Of a stretch of 64,000 bases of DNA, positions 50,902-62,113 are shown one piece after another (positions within the stretch are counted from its first letter, which is position 1; every line of letters begins with the position of its first letter). The translations under genes and the position numbers were made by a program. A model generated the notes under the pieces. It worked only from the letters and a program-made list of their open reading frames with translations, made no database searches and had not been told where the DNA came from. Location: NCBI RefSeq assembly GCF_033153115.1, contig NW_026889757.1:4092001-4156000 (forward strand), written 5' to 3'. The stretch is from Saccostrea echinata (lineage: Eukaryota).

Positions 50902-52890
50902 TCAAATAATATCTAGCTCTGCACCTTTGTTAACACATTCAGAATCTTCAAATGATCTGTAAATTCCCGGAGTGTGTGCTGCGCCAGTAGCAATTTCGAC
51001 ATTTGTTTTGTAAAAATGGCGTTCTACCTCTTTTTTCAGAGGAAGTGACGTTACACCAGTATAAAGGGGTAGGAAAAATAATGTGGTAAACATGACTAAC
51101 AATAATAAAGCTTGTTCCACAAATAATGCAATGATTATGCTACAAATAACAGCAAAAACTGAATATCCCCAAAGATGTTTTAGACTGGATATGAAGCAAT
51201 TGGACGCTCTAAATTCGTCTTCTACTGCCCTCTGCGGGATCCATTTAACATTAGCACCAAGGTTCGCTTGTACTGCTTTCACAAATCTAACACAACCCAC
51301 TATTGCTTCTGGTGTGAATTGTAAAATAGAAGCGATAGTTTCAATAATGACATATTTGTAGTTCTTCTTATTACACGTTGCAAATTTTGGGAATACAAGA
51401 ACTAGAAACATTACAATGATGATAGAAGCATATCTGTATCGGAGATGTACGCTGATGTGAATAAGAACGTAAAAAAGTAAGAATGGTTTCATCATCATCT
51501 GTCTGAGAGCAGCATAGGCAATGAAACTGCTCACAAAATCGAGATGAGACTCGGTACGAAGTTTTGTAGGGTTAAACTTATCTCCTTTCATCTGCCTTTG
51601 AATCCATCTCATAAGCCTCCCTACGGCATTCTTCCAGAAGTACATCGCTAAAAGCACTTCTCCTCGATTCCAGCGTCTTTCTCGAATGTTCCATGTAACG
51701 AAATTAAATGAGGGTGCTTCTAGGAGATACGCCGAACCCGCATATAAAGGTTGTAATAATGCTGCCTCGAAAGTGTCATGACTCAAAACATCGACAGGAA
51801 CTCGCTCTATTAAATTATCTCTTGTCCCAATCACTCTTTCAATATATATTTTATTTTTTATCATTGCCTTCCCAAAGTAAGCTGATTGACCAAGCAAAGC
51901 CATCACTGCATTTGTCATTGGTTCATAAATAGACTGTCTCATTGCTTCTATGTGCATAAAAATTGTGTCTGTGTCATTGCAATACAGTTTGATGGCAGGC
52001 TGTATGATTCCTCGCTCAGGATTCGCTGCAGCGATGGACAATAACTCATAAACACACCCATCTGGTACACCAGTATCACCGTCTAACACTAAAGTATAGT
52101 CAAATTTTCTTCCAAAAATGTTATTCACGTCTTCTGAATCGTGAAATAGAGGCTCTGAGTACGGTCTAGCATCCCTGCCATAAAATTCTCTGTCACAGTA
52201 TGTGAAAGCTAAGTCATCCCCTTCCGAAAGGAGCATCAGGTCCTGGTACTGTCCACACTTGCGTAATACGCGACTGACACGATGTATAACCATAAATTCA
52301 CGCGCAAATCGATCACAAATATCATGCAAGTACTCTGTAATAAATACAGATTTCTCCACATCATCGTATAATTTCCACAAATGTTCCAAATGTGCAGGAT
52401 TGATTGAATCAAAATCCTCTTCAGCAAAAGATACCCCTTCCTGGAATAAATGATCATATATGAGGGATCTGTATTTTTGTACTACTTCTATTTCGTAGTC
52501 TTTAAGTTCTTGTGCACCAGTTGCACTAACAAGCACAGCTGAGACATTAGGACTCAGGTTCCCCATGAAAGCTTGGAACATATTATCCAAACAATCGTCA
52601 ATTTCATCTTTACTGAGCGCAAGAAGATTGTAGTTCAAAAGAATGGTAAACCTGTCACACTTGGCTCTTTGTGGGTCTCGAGTTTCTCCACCTATTAATA
52701 ATGTAGCCACAGTTTGCATGGGGAATTCCATCACGCTTCCCTGTAAAACACCCAATACTACAATGATGAAGATGGCGTTTATGTAGTTGGTTTTGGTCCA
52801 ATCCACGTTCAACACGTTTAATAAGATGGCGATAAAGGCAAGTAAAATCCAAATCCCAAAGAATATAAACACTCTCTTGTTTCTATTCAT
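50902..52890 (-). CDS. Membrane-bound processive GT2 glycosyltransferase, OpgH/MdoH- and Cgs-like (putative beta-1,2-glucan synthase), ~662 aa, intronless CDS
   Basis: Uninterrupted ~2-kb ORF with two N-terminal TM helices, a cytoplasmic GT-A domain (RKCG, DYTLVLDGDT, NPERGIIQP, YFGKAMI, VLSHDTFEAALL, RERRWNRG) and several C-terminal TM helices. ATG in AAAAACATG context. Acceptor ttttcag at 52925-27, candidate upstream donor G|GTAAGA at 54489, AATAAA on the minus strand at 50768-73. Confidence 0.88.
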   Translation of the reverse strand: MNRNKRVFIFFGIWILLAFIAILLNVLNVDWTKTNYINAIFIIVVLGVLQGSVMEFPMQTVATLLIGGETRDPQRAKCDRFTILLNYNLLALSKDEIDDCLDNMFQAFMGNLSPNVSAVLVSATGAQELKDYEIEVVQKYRSLIYDHLFQEGVSFAEEDFDSINPAHLEHLWKLYDDVEKSVFITEYLHDICDRFAREFMVIHRVSRVLRKCGQYQDLMLLSEGDDLAFTYCDREFYGRDARPYSEPLFHDSEDVNNIFGRKFDYTLVLDGDTGVPDGCVYELLSIAAANPERGIIQPAIKLYCNDTDTIFMHIEAMRQSIYEPMTNAVMALLGQSAYFGKAMIKNKIYIERVIGTRDNLIERVPVDVLSHDTFEAALLQPLYAGSAYLLEAPSFNFVTWNIRERRWNRGEVLLAMYFWKNAVGRLMRWIQRQMKGDKFNPTKLRTESHLDFVSSFIAYAALRQMMMKPFLLFYVLIHISVHLRYRYASIIIVMFLVLVFPKFATCNKKNYKYVIIETIASILQFTPEAIVGCVRFVKAVQANLGANVKWIPQRAVEDEFRASNCFISSLKHLWGYSVFAVICSIIIALFVEQALLLLVMFTTLFFLPLYTGVTSLPLKKEVERHFYKTNVEIATGAAHTPGIYRSFEDSECVNKGAELDII

Positions 52891-53239
52891 GTTTTTTAAA
52901 TAACTTCTTCCAATTCCAAACAACCTGAAAATGAAAGGAAGGAATTTACAAAGAACGGCAAAGAATCATACATTAAATAGCTCTCGATAATGCCAAACTG
53001 CAATTCCTGATCTCTTTTTCAAGTTTTTCGTTAGTTATCAGAATCAACCAAACTTTGGCTGAGAAGGAAAAAAAGTTTGTGTCAATGTATTTCTCTGTCG
53101 AAAAATAGTTTCGGAAAATATTTTTAATACTCAAGTTGCCTTGTAAATTTTAGAAATATAATAAAGAATGATGAATATTAAAAATTCATGTAATTGCACA
53201 TGACTAGATCTCATGAAAAAAGTGACCCCCCCTTACTTG

Positions 53240-53924
53240 CAAGTTAAATTATGTCAGCATGCGAGAAAAGTACGTCATCAGGCAAGATAATTATGTCTAC
53301 ATGCAAGATAAGTATGCTAATATGCAAGTTACCATTTTTTTTTTTTTAGAGAATTAGATTTTATTACGGGTAACTTAACTTACTAACGTCAGTATCTGAC
53401 ATCATACATGCGAGATGCAACATAATTATTTAGACATGCAACCAACTTATGACAACATGCGATATAATTATGTACACGCATGCGACTTATTTATGTCAAC
53501 ATTCGAGATATTTATGTTGGTATGCAACTGTTCGAAATAACTATTTTGCATGTTGACATAAGTAAGTCGCCTGTCAACACATAAAAAAGTCGCATGCTTA
53601 CATAACTATCTCGCATGTTTACGTAAAAAGGTCGCATGGCAACATATTTATCTCGCATGTTGACATAAAAAGGTCGCATGGCAACATAATTATCTCGCAT
53701 GTTGACATAAATAATTTAAATCGCATGTCTACATACTTATGTTGCATCTTGCATAGATAAATGATATCAGAAACTGTAAACAAAGTTGTCCATATTAAAA
53801 TCAAAATCTTATGTAAAAAATGGTATAAACTTTAATGTCAACATATAACTTGCACGTAGACATTATTATTTGGCATGTCGACATAATTTATCTTGCATGT
53901 AGAGGGCAGAAATATGCCACCATA
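53240..53924. mobile_element. Foldback-like element with inverted arrays of ~21-bp units
   Basis: Left arm (ttatgtcaacatgcgagataa)n, right arm (ttatctcgcatgttgacataa)n, right terminus ggcagaaatatgccaccata; the left terminus is unclear. Confidence 0.65.
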
Positions 53925-55632
53925 CTGATGTTATGCTTTTTTCCTTTCTGATTCTATTGTTTTAATCACAGAATGTAGTCAACAGTTTATTCCGATAAAG
54001 CACAAGATGTTCTAGCAATCGCCTGTTATGAAAGTATGACCGGATACTGTTATGAAATGTGGCATCAATATTGCTTACTCAAGATATGTAGATTCAAGGT
54101 GGTCGAAACATGTTGGAACGGATAAAACTATTTTCAGTCCTAGTAATTAAAGCTTACTTTCTCTTTCTATGTAATTTTTATGTCTCTGCAATGCTGGAGA
54201 TTGATTGATACACGTGTAAATACTGTACATAAAAGAGCTCTAAGTATACATATGGAATTGTCAAAGTATTCTTTAATTATCATGATTATAACGTATTCAA
54301 ATAATAAAAAGTATATATATTAATAAATTAAGATAAGAAAAAGTAGATATGACTTATTACATGAAATATATCACCTGTAATATTGTAAACACTTATTCTT
54401 TAATACTTATATAATCAATATGATATAATAGTAGTTGCCGTCATAAGATTCTCCACGCCATCACCAATAAAGAATTAAAAGTATCTTACCAAAGGAGAAC
54501 TCCACATGAAGGCCTACACACCTCTCAATAGACCAGACATAATTTCATGATATTTTTACACACGTAATGAATTAGGTCGTGCAATGTGTAATACCGACAA
54601 GCAAATAATTAAACCTGTCTTGGTATAAAAGGGCGTGTTTCGGAAGAAACAATCCATCACAAATAGTGGATCAATGCCGAGGTGTTCCATTCCTTTACGT
54701 ATGAAATCTGTAAAAACAATGAAATTTATTCAATTTGTAATTCGCCATTCTCTCCCTACAAATCACGCTGGAGGTAAAAAATATGACGTGTCTTTGTCTA
54801 ATTTGCATACTCGTGGGATCAGAAACTTTTGTTATTTATAAATGTTTTTATAGATGGTATTTGATCTATAATGCGTTAATTCTAGATAAATACTTAACAT
54901 TGTAAGTGAGACCACAATCCTTTTTAAATATAGAAAATTCCAAATTGACATTAATATTTTGGTTGCCTTCAGTTCGAAGTTCATAAAGATTAAAGCTATT
55001 ATAAAAATGCTACAAAGCTAATCTACAATTTATGAAGGCTGCATGTTGTTTTAATCACAGTCCGAGCTGCACATTATTTGAATACATTAAACAATTTTAG
55101 TCTACTTAATTAGAATTATTAACATTCAAAACATGCAGCCTAACAGAAAAAAAATAAATCAAATTTAACTTTATGAATTCAACGAATGCTAATAAAATGG
55201 AAATATTGTACACTCCAAGGAAAAACAAAGAATATTTATATTAACTTTTATCACCAGAAATGTTTCTCATCAAATGCAAACTTGTCGAAAATTAATGACC
55301 AAAGGTAATTATAAACTACAGAGAAATATCGTCTGTATAGATTCCCTAAGGCCCGCAAGTAATGACATTCATCAATCAAGAATAGAAGTAGGGGGAAAAT
55401 GATTGAAAAAATATTGTAAATAACTAAGTTATTAACAAGGAAATTGACATTTTCTCGTAATTCTAAAGAATTTTATCACTTTATTTAAAACAGTCCTGTT
55501 TTCAAACCTGTTAAACACGTTTTTGATATGAATAATGAAATAGTCATTCTCTGAATGTTTGAGTTCAGTCACCTTTTTAGATAAAAATTACAATTAATGA
55601 ATTTTTGCACATCATGGTTCGCCATTATCATC

Positions 55633-56145
55633 TAATATACAATGATACAAAATAAAATCAAATATACAATGATACAATATACAATCAAATATACAATGAT
55701 ACAATATACAATGATACAATATACAATCAAATATACAATGATACAATATACAATCAAATATACAATGATACAATATACAATCAAAAATACAATGATACAA
55801 TATATAATCAAATATACAATGATGCAATATATTAATGATACAATATACAATGATACAAATATACAATGATACAAATATACAATGATACAATATACAATCA
55901 AATATACAAAAAATGTACAATGATACAATATACAATCAAATATACAATGATACAATATACAATCAAATATACAAAAAATGTACAATGATACAATATACAA
56001 TCAAATATACAATGATACAATATACAATCAAATATACAATGACACAAATATACAATGATACAATATACAATCAAATATACAATGATACCATATACAATCA
56101 AATATACAATGATACAATATACAATCAAATATGCAATGATACAAG
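55633..56145. repeat. AT-rich minisatellite (~27-bp unit tacaatgatacaatatacaatcaaata)
   Basis: Direct inspection; it produces the spurious repetitive ORFs at 55612-56170. Confidence 0.95.
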
Positions 56146-56532
56146 ATGCCTGTTAAACACGAGTGACTGAAGCACCGTCAGTCTGTAGCCTTTATCGTGT
56201 TTTATACTTTTAATTGCATATGACCTTGATCTTATCAAAAATGTCCTTGATTAGTGTTGTGACATATAGTTTCTAGCTAATGCTTATTAAAGTTATAGGA
56301 AAACGCAGAGTCAAGCAGAATAACAGACAGAAGGACTTGATATAATATTCTTTTCCATCTTTGATTTCAGAACATCGAAAAAAATATTTGCATAACTTTA
56401 AAAGCAACCTTAGAAATAATGAATGGATTAAATCACCATTATGATATTGCTGTACAAATCCAAATATACTTAACTATCTAAATAATAACAATTAATTGGT
56501 GCAAATGCATCGTGTAAATACCTGAATATCCC

Positions 56533-56536
<4 letters not shown>

Positions 56537-56575
<39 letters not shown>
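56537..56575. repeat. (GA)n microsatellite
   Basis: Direct inspection. Confidence 0.95.
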
Positions 56576-56577
<2 letters not shown>

Positions 56578-57144
56578 CCTTCTTGCTCTGTGATTGATGA
56601 AGTTTTGAAGTTTACATTTTTTCTAAAGTCTTTCATCTACAATAAAGTTTGAAGTTTAATCTATTTAGGAAATAACTGGTTTATAAAAATACACTCTATA
56701 GTACATATAACTTTATATAAAAAGAGAGAGAGAGCTGTGTACATTTTTGCCTTGTCTTCGTAAGTGCTTACAAGAGAGTGCTATTATTGTGTATAGTGAG
56801 TGACATCTTTAACTAACGACCATCTCCGTAATAAATTTGTTACCTAGTTATCTATCACGGTAACTAAACAAAAACATGAAACGCTCTGATGGAGCGAGCT
56901 GGGGACGCGTCATAAAATCTGGAGGGAAATAAATCAAAGAAAACAAAATATACTATAACATGAAATTTTTGGACAAGAAAAAATAAAAGCAGTTTATAAA
57001 AAAGACAATTACAGTGACAGTAGGACTATTCAATGATTTAAAACTTTACTTATAAAAAATAAATTAAAGGGGTCCAATTTGGGAAAAAGTGGTTCTCTTG
57101 TTCAAAATTCTCTAAGAATTTCTTTCTGAAACTCTGAGTGGTAC

Positions 57145-57298
57145 AGTGAAACATACTAGAAGCATTTTCCATGCATCTCTGATTAATATAGGGCACAGAA
57201 GTACCTGAAATGAAATCTGCTCCAAAAACTTTAACCTGGGACGCCGACGTCGAGGGTACTACATAAGCTCCCCCCAATTTCGTTGATGTGAGCTAAAA
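57145..57298 (-). mobile_element. 5' fragment of the same HINE family as 717-1509
   Basis: Reverse complement of ~717-870. Confidence 0.8.
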
Positions 57299-57444
57299 AG
57301 TACGTGTCAAACTGTAAGAGAATTTTAAAGGTAAGAAAAAGTACTTGTAATGATATGGTTTATTGTGAGCTTGAAAGAGGATTCTTAAACATAATTTTTG
57401 CATGAAAGACATTGTAACTCTTTCTTATCATCATTTGTTAGTAT

Positions 57445-59446
57445 TAGAGATTGTTCTATCTGACGTATCCGTATACGTATCCGTATCCGTATCGAAGTAT
57501 GAGAGGCATCTCGATCCCGATGATTTAACCGTTGGGTAACATTTCCATCGTTTCTTGTTTGATTTTAACCTCATTCATTGGAAAATAAGATATATAGTAA
57601 TATTTCTAATGAAACGTATCAAGTTGCTGTTCTCACCTATTATTTTATGGAAGGATTTTTAAAAAAATAAAATTAGTACAAAAAAATATGTATATTTTTA
57701 TTAAATTGTTAAAAAATTAAAAAAAAAAAAGGTTCAAAAAGGGACTTTGTCTACATCAAGCAGACACTTAAAATTGATTAACAAAGTGAAGAAGGGGGAA
57801 GCTGGGCCGAGGCAGGGAGAAACTAAACTAAACTAAAAAATGACAAGTCACCTTATCAAAACTTTGACAATAAAAACGTGACCATACTGAATACTCTGTG
57901 TGTGTGTGGGTGGGGGGGGGGGGGTCACTGAAAATTTCCATCCTCATTTTCTTTTTTGTCATTATCAACATTCTGTATATCATTTGATTATATTTGATGG
58001 ACATAGTTCTCCAGAGAAGCTTTGGAAAACTGGCAATTCTGGGGTGGTTTGAAGACTCTAAATTCCCTAAATTGTTAGGTGATAACCGTATCCGAAATTC
58101 CAGAGAGCTTGAGAAAGGACTACGATTTCCGAAAGTGTTGCAATTACACGCAGTTTTTGTCGAGGATGAATTAACAATTGTCGATAAAAGGAGATAAACG
58201 GAGAAATTTTTTTATGTCTTATACATTACTTTATATACATGTTTACTAAAGTTTACTTAAATGATTTATTTATTGAAATTAAGATGACTGTAATTCTTTG
58301 TGTACAAGCGGGATCAAAACTCTGAAAAAATGCTGATATTTTATCTATATATGTTTTGTATAAATTTATCCTTTATTCTGTGTTTTTTTTTTATTTCTCT
58401 GCTACGTTGAAGCAGCCTCTTCTATTCAATTCTATGAACTGCGTGTTGAATTGACTCACACTTGTCCCAATCTGGGCCAAAATGCATAAATAAATAAAAA
58501 TAAAAATATATAAATAAATAAAAATCAACTGGATGGACAAGGTAGCATAGAAGAAATAGATAAATCTTTTGTTTTGGCATTTTTTAGTCTAATGTTCTTT
58601 TCTTTTTTATAAAAAGAGAGTTAAGATAATGAATACCCTATTTTGAAACAGTTCTATATCAAACCATGAATTATAATACACATGTACGACAACAAGAGAA
58701 CTAAAAAGAAAGATCAAATTTAACAACTGAATTTTCATTTCATTACCTATTTTTGTCGCCATGAAGTCTTTTCAAGTTATTACTGCTGAAAGGACAAAAT
58801 ATAAAACAAAATCAAGCCGTGTGAGAATAGGCCCGAAAGTAGCAATTTCAACTGGGGAGGGGAAGGGGAGACATACAGGTATTTGTCAAATAGTTCATTG
58901 AAAAAAAAAATGAAGAAAGTCAACAGACGCTATGAAAGTTTGTGTGTGTTCCGGGGGGGGGGGGGGGGACTGGCATTTTTAAGCATATACTGGTAAGGGT
59001 CTGGAAGCAAATTCTCTTTAGAAAACTGCTACACGGTTTTATTGATTGTGTGGATATCAACGTCTTTTGCATTTAGTGTGTGAGTGAGGGGGTTAAAGTT
59101 TATGTCATCTAATGTAAATTACAGAATCAATCAATAAAATGTCCTGATGTTAAGAGGGAGAGAGGCCGGGGATCCCGATAAATGTTTTTAAGCAAAATTT
59201 ATTGAATTTCATTATCTTTTTTTTTTTTTTAATTTTCCAGCAAAATAACAAACTTTTACAGCAGCTTAATACATTTTTTATTAGAAAAAATACCATATGC
59301 TATTCTTTAATGAATGGGGCTGCTTTAAAACCAAACAAATAACGATGGAAATTATAGTAAATAGTTTAGACATCGGGATCGATATGCCTCTCTCACCTCG
59401 ATATACTTATATACTTATACGGATACGTCAGATAGAACAATCTCTA
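57445..59446. mobile_element. ~2-kb non-autonomous DNA transposon with ~78-bp TIRs (TAG..CTA, Academ-like ends)
   Basis: tagagattgttctatctgacgtatccgtat...gagaggcatctcgatcccgatg at 57445-57522, with an inverted copy at 59371-59446; no clean TSD. Confidence 0.65.
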
Positions 59447-59984
59447 TTAATAAACATTCAGGAAAGTCGGTTCAGTAGTGATGGATATGTCCTCAGTATA
59501 TATATTGACTATTAAAGTTTGAATGAAATTTTTTGTTTGTGTTTAAGAAAGATTGTGTAATTTTTTATGTAATTGTTCTTAAAAAGAATATTTTACCTTT
59601 TTCATGTTTTTTTCGCTGATTTATAAATATTTATTTATTTATTATATTAATATTATTATTTAGTAGCAAATGAAATAAATTCTTCAATATTTTCTTAGTT
59701 TTAACCACAAATGAGTACTTTAACTTGTAATTATTCCAAATAATCATTATTCATTTGATTTATATTAAAAAGAATTTATTTACCTTGTGCAATGACATAA
59801 AATACAAACTGCCTTGATAACAGTCTTGAATTTTTTCATTGGTACATGTAGATACATGAGTGTTTCACACTCTATCTCAGTAGATTATCTGTGTTTCTTT
59901 GTGCTTTTGAAGTACATAAGGTATTTCTTAATGTAAATTAGGACAAAAATTGCACTGTTAACACACAAATTCTGCTAGTAGGGA

Positions 59985-61030
59985 CCTACCTTAAGTTACT
60001 GGTTAAAATTACAAAATGGTGATAATTGTATACTAAAGTCATGTTTACAGGATATGGTAGAAAATGATGTGTGGATTACAAACATAAGAAATGGATTCAA
60101 TCTGAATGGTCCATCAGATCTGTATAACAACAGTAATGTTGATTCACACTCTGTTAAGATATTGTATGAAAGCATTTGTGATATTTTCAAACAAAAAACA
60201 TTGTTAAATATCAATGTTTCATTCCAAGGATTTTTATACCGACATTTCGTGGATATTTTTACTTTACAATCATACTAAACATTTACACACAAATTATAGA
60301 ACATGTGTTTCCTGAATAAGATCATGTGCTCATGATTTGAAAATTGAATGAGAAAGAAATAATGATACCCCAAGGAATTGTAGAAAATGTGATCTTTGTA
60401 CTACAGGTGATTTAGAAGTTGAATTTCATTTTATACTTAAATGCCCAAAATTTGAAAATTTGAGAAAAAAGTATTTCAAAAACTATTACTCCTGTCGCCC
60501 TAGTGTTTATAAACTAATACAACTGTTGACCATTTCAAATACATACCTGTAGGAAATGTATAACCTTGGAAAATATATATTTTTTGCAAACCTTTAGAAA
60601 CAAGCATTCTGAGAGTATTGCATTAGCAATACTAGTCCCCTACCGGCAAGTGTAATCTGGTTCCCGTTAAAAATTGAAAATGCCATAATTCAGTCAAAAA
60701 TCAATGAAGCGGAACAAAATGCAAACTTGATCTATAACTCATCAAGGTACACTTACATACCAAAAATCAGCTCAATATCTGCAAGCGTTTAGAAGAAAGG
60801 TGCGGAAAACCAAGTGGGACAGACTGACAGACAGGCAGACGGACGGAGAGACTCAGAGGAAACCTATAGTCCCCTTCGGTTTCACCGGTAGGGGACTAAT
60901 AAACTGCTGGATTTATAAATGCTTTAATTATTTTACAATATTATGCTATAAATGTTGCTCTATTGTGTACTGTATTTAGGAATGTATTTATACCTATAAG
61001 AAGTATGTCTTTCAGTTCGATAAAAATCTG
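59985..61030 (+). mobile_element. 5'-truncated non-LTR retrotransposon (CR1/L2-group ORF2 C-terminus), interrupted by a HINE at ~60632-60900
   Basis: Degenerate peptides DIFKQK..FLYRHF, AHDLKIE, RKCDLC..DLEVEFHFILKCPKFENLRKKYF..YY..RPSVYKLIQLL. The inserted element is bounded by actagtcccctaccgg / ccggtaggggactaat and contains (GACA)n. Confidence 0.7.
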
Positions 61031-61544
61031 AAACTCTGATTTCTATTTAAACACTGGTCTAGCCGTTACCATGACTATCCTGTAATTTGTATTAATGATA
61101 TTGATCAAATCACCGTTGAGCACTGTGAATTGGTATGTGCTATCTTTGCAGTTATCTATCAAATTATCTTTTTAAAGAAAGATTGTAAATGAAGTCATAG
61201 TTCAGACTTAGTTTTGATTATGGTGACATTGCAGAATGAACTTGTGTGACATCTTCTCTGGAAAATTATCAATATCTGATTTCGTAGACATGTTTCATGC
61301 TCTTCTTAATTTTTTGTGTGTGTATTGAAATAGAAATAAACTATGTATCCATGTATAGTTTTCTGATCAAGATAAACAGAATGTTTCTAATTTCTGATGT
61401 GTGGGGTTTTTTTTTAGTCTTCTTGTGTATAATTATATGGAAAGAGCTTCCTGAAAAAAGTGTCAAGAAAATGTAAATGTGTATTTTGGTTTGATAAACC
61501 GGTTAATCGGTCGGAAGGTCTTGTGGTTAACCGATTAGGAATTC

Positions 61545-61675
61545 NNNNNNNNNNNNNNNNNNNNNNNNNNNNNNNNNNNNNNNNNNNNNNNNNNNNNNNN
61601 NNNNNNNNNNNNNNNNNNNNNNNNNNNNNNNNNNNNNNNNNNNNNNNNNNNNNNNNNNNNNNNNNNNNNNNNNNN
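61545..61675. other. Assembly gap
   Basis: Run of N. Confidence 1.
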
Positions 61676-61967
61676 GATCAAAACAGAGTTACCGATCGAA
61701 AGAGGATGAGTAGTCCTCTTAGGCACCTGATCCCATCTCGGATGCTTCCAGGGTTTCTATTTGTGCCTTGTTCATGATTCAGACTTTCATGATTCATGAT
61801 TCGCGTGCTACCTCTTTAGTAAGCCGATCTATGATTGGTCAGCATACATGTATAGTGTTTATAAATAGAGAGGCACTGAGAAGTTCTAAATCCACCAATA
61901 TGTCACAACAGCAATTACTGCACGATTCAGCGAAGGTGCAGGAGGTGATTATTTATTTTAGAAATGA

Positions 61968-62113
61968 TTTAATAGCTACCCAAGTTATACATGTACTGTT
62001 TAACCTGGGTTGGGGCTTTCTTACCTGCTTCAACCGCAGATCGAGCGGTTTTATAAAAAAGGGTAAACTGATCCACCCCAGCTTATACCAGTATAACTTG
62101 GGTAGCTATTAAA
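61968..62113. mobile_element. ~145-bp hairpin element
   Basis: tttaatagctacccaagttatac ... gtataacttgggtagctattaaa. Confidence 0.6.

Noticed and set aside
50902-52923. Bacterial contamination as the explanation for the OpgH-like ORF
   Set aside because: Contiguous with host SINEs and TEs, host-like AT-rich composition, splice and polyA signals, and no operon neighbours such as opgG. Long reads would settle it.
55612-56170. Several Cys/Tyr/Ile-rich repetitive ORFs
   Set aside because: Translations of a minisatellite, open in multiple frames and on both strands.
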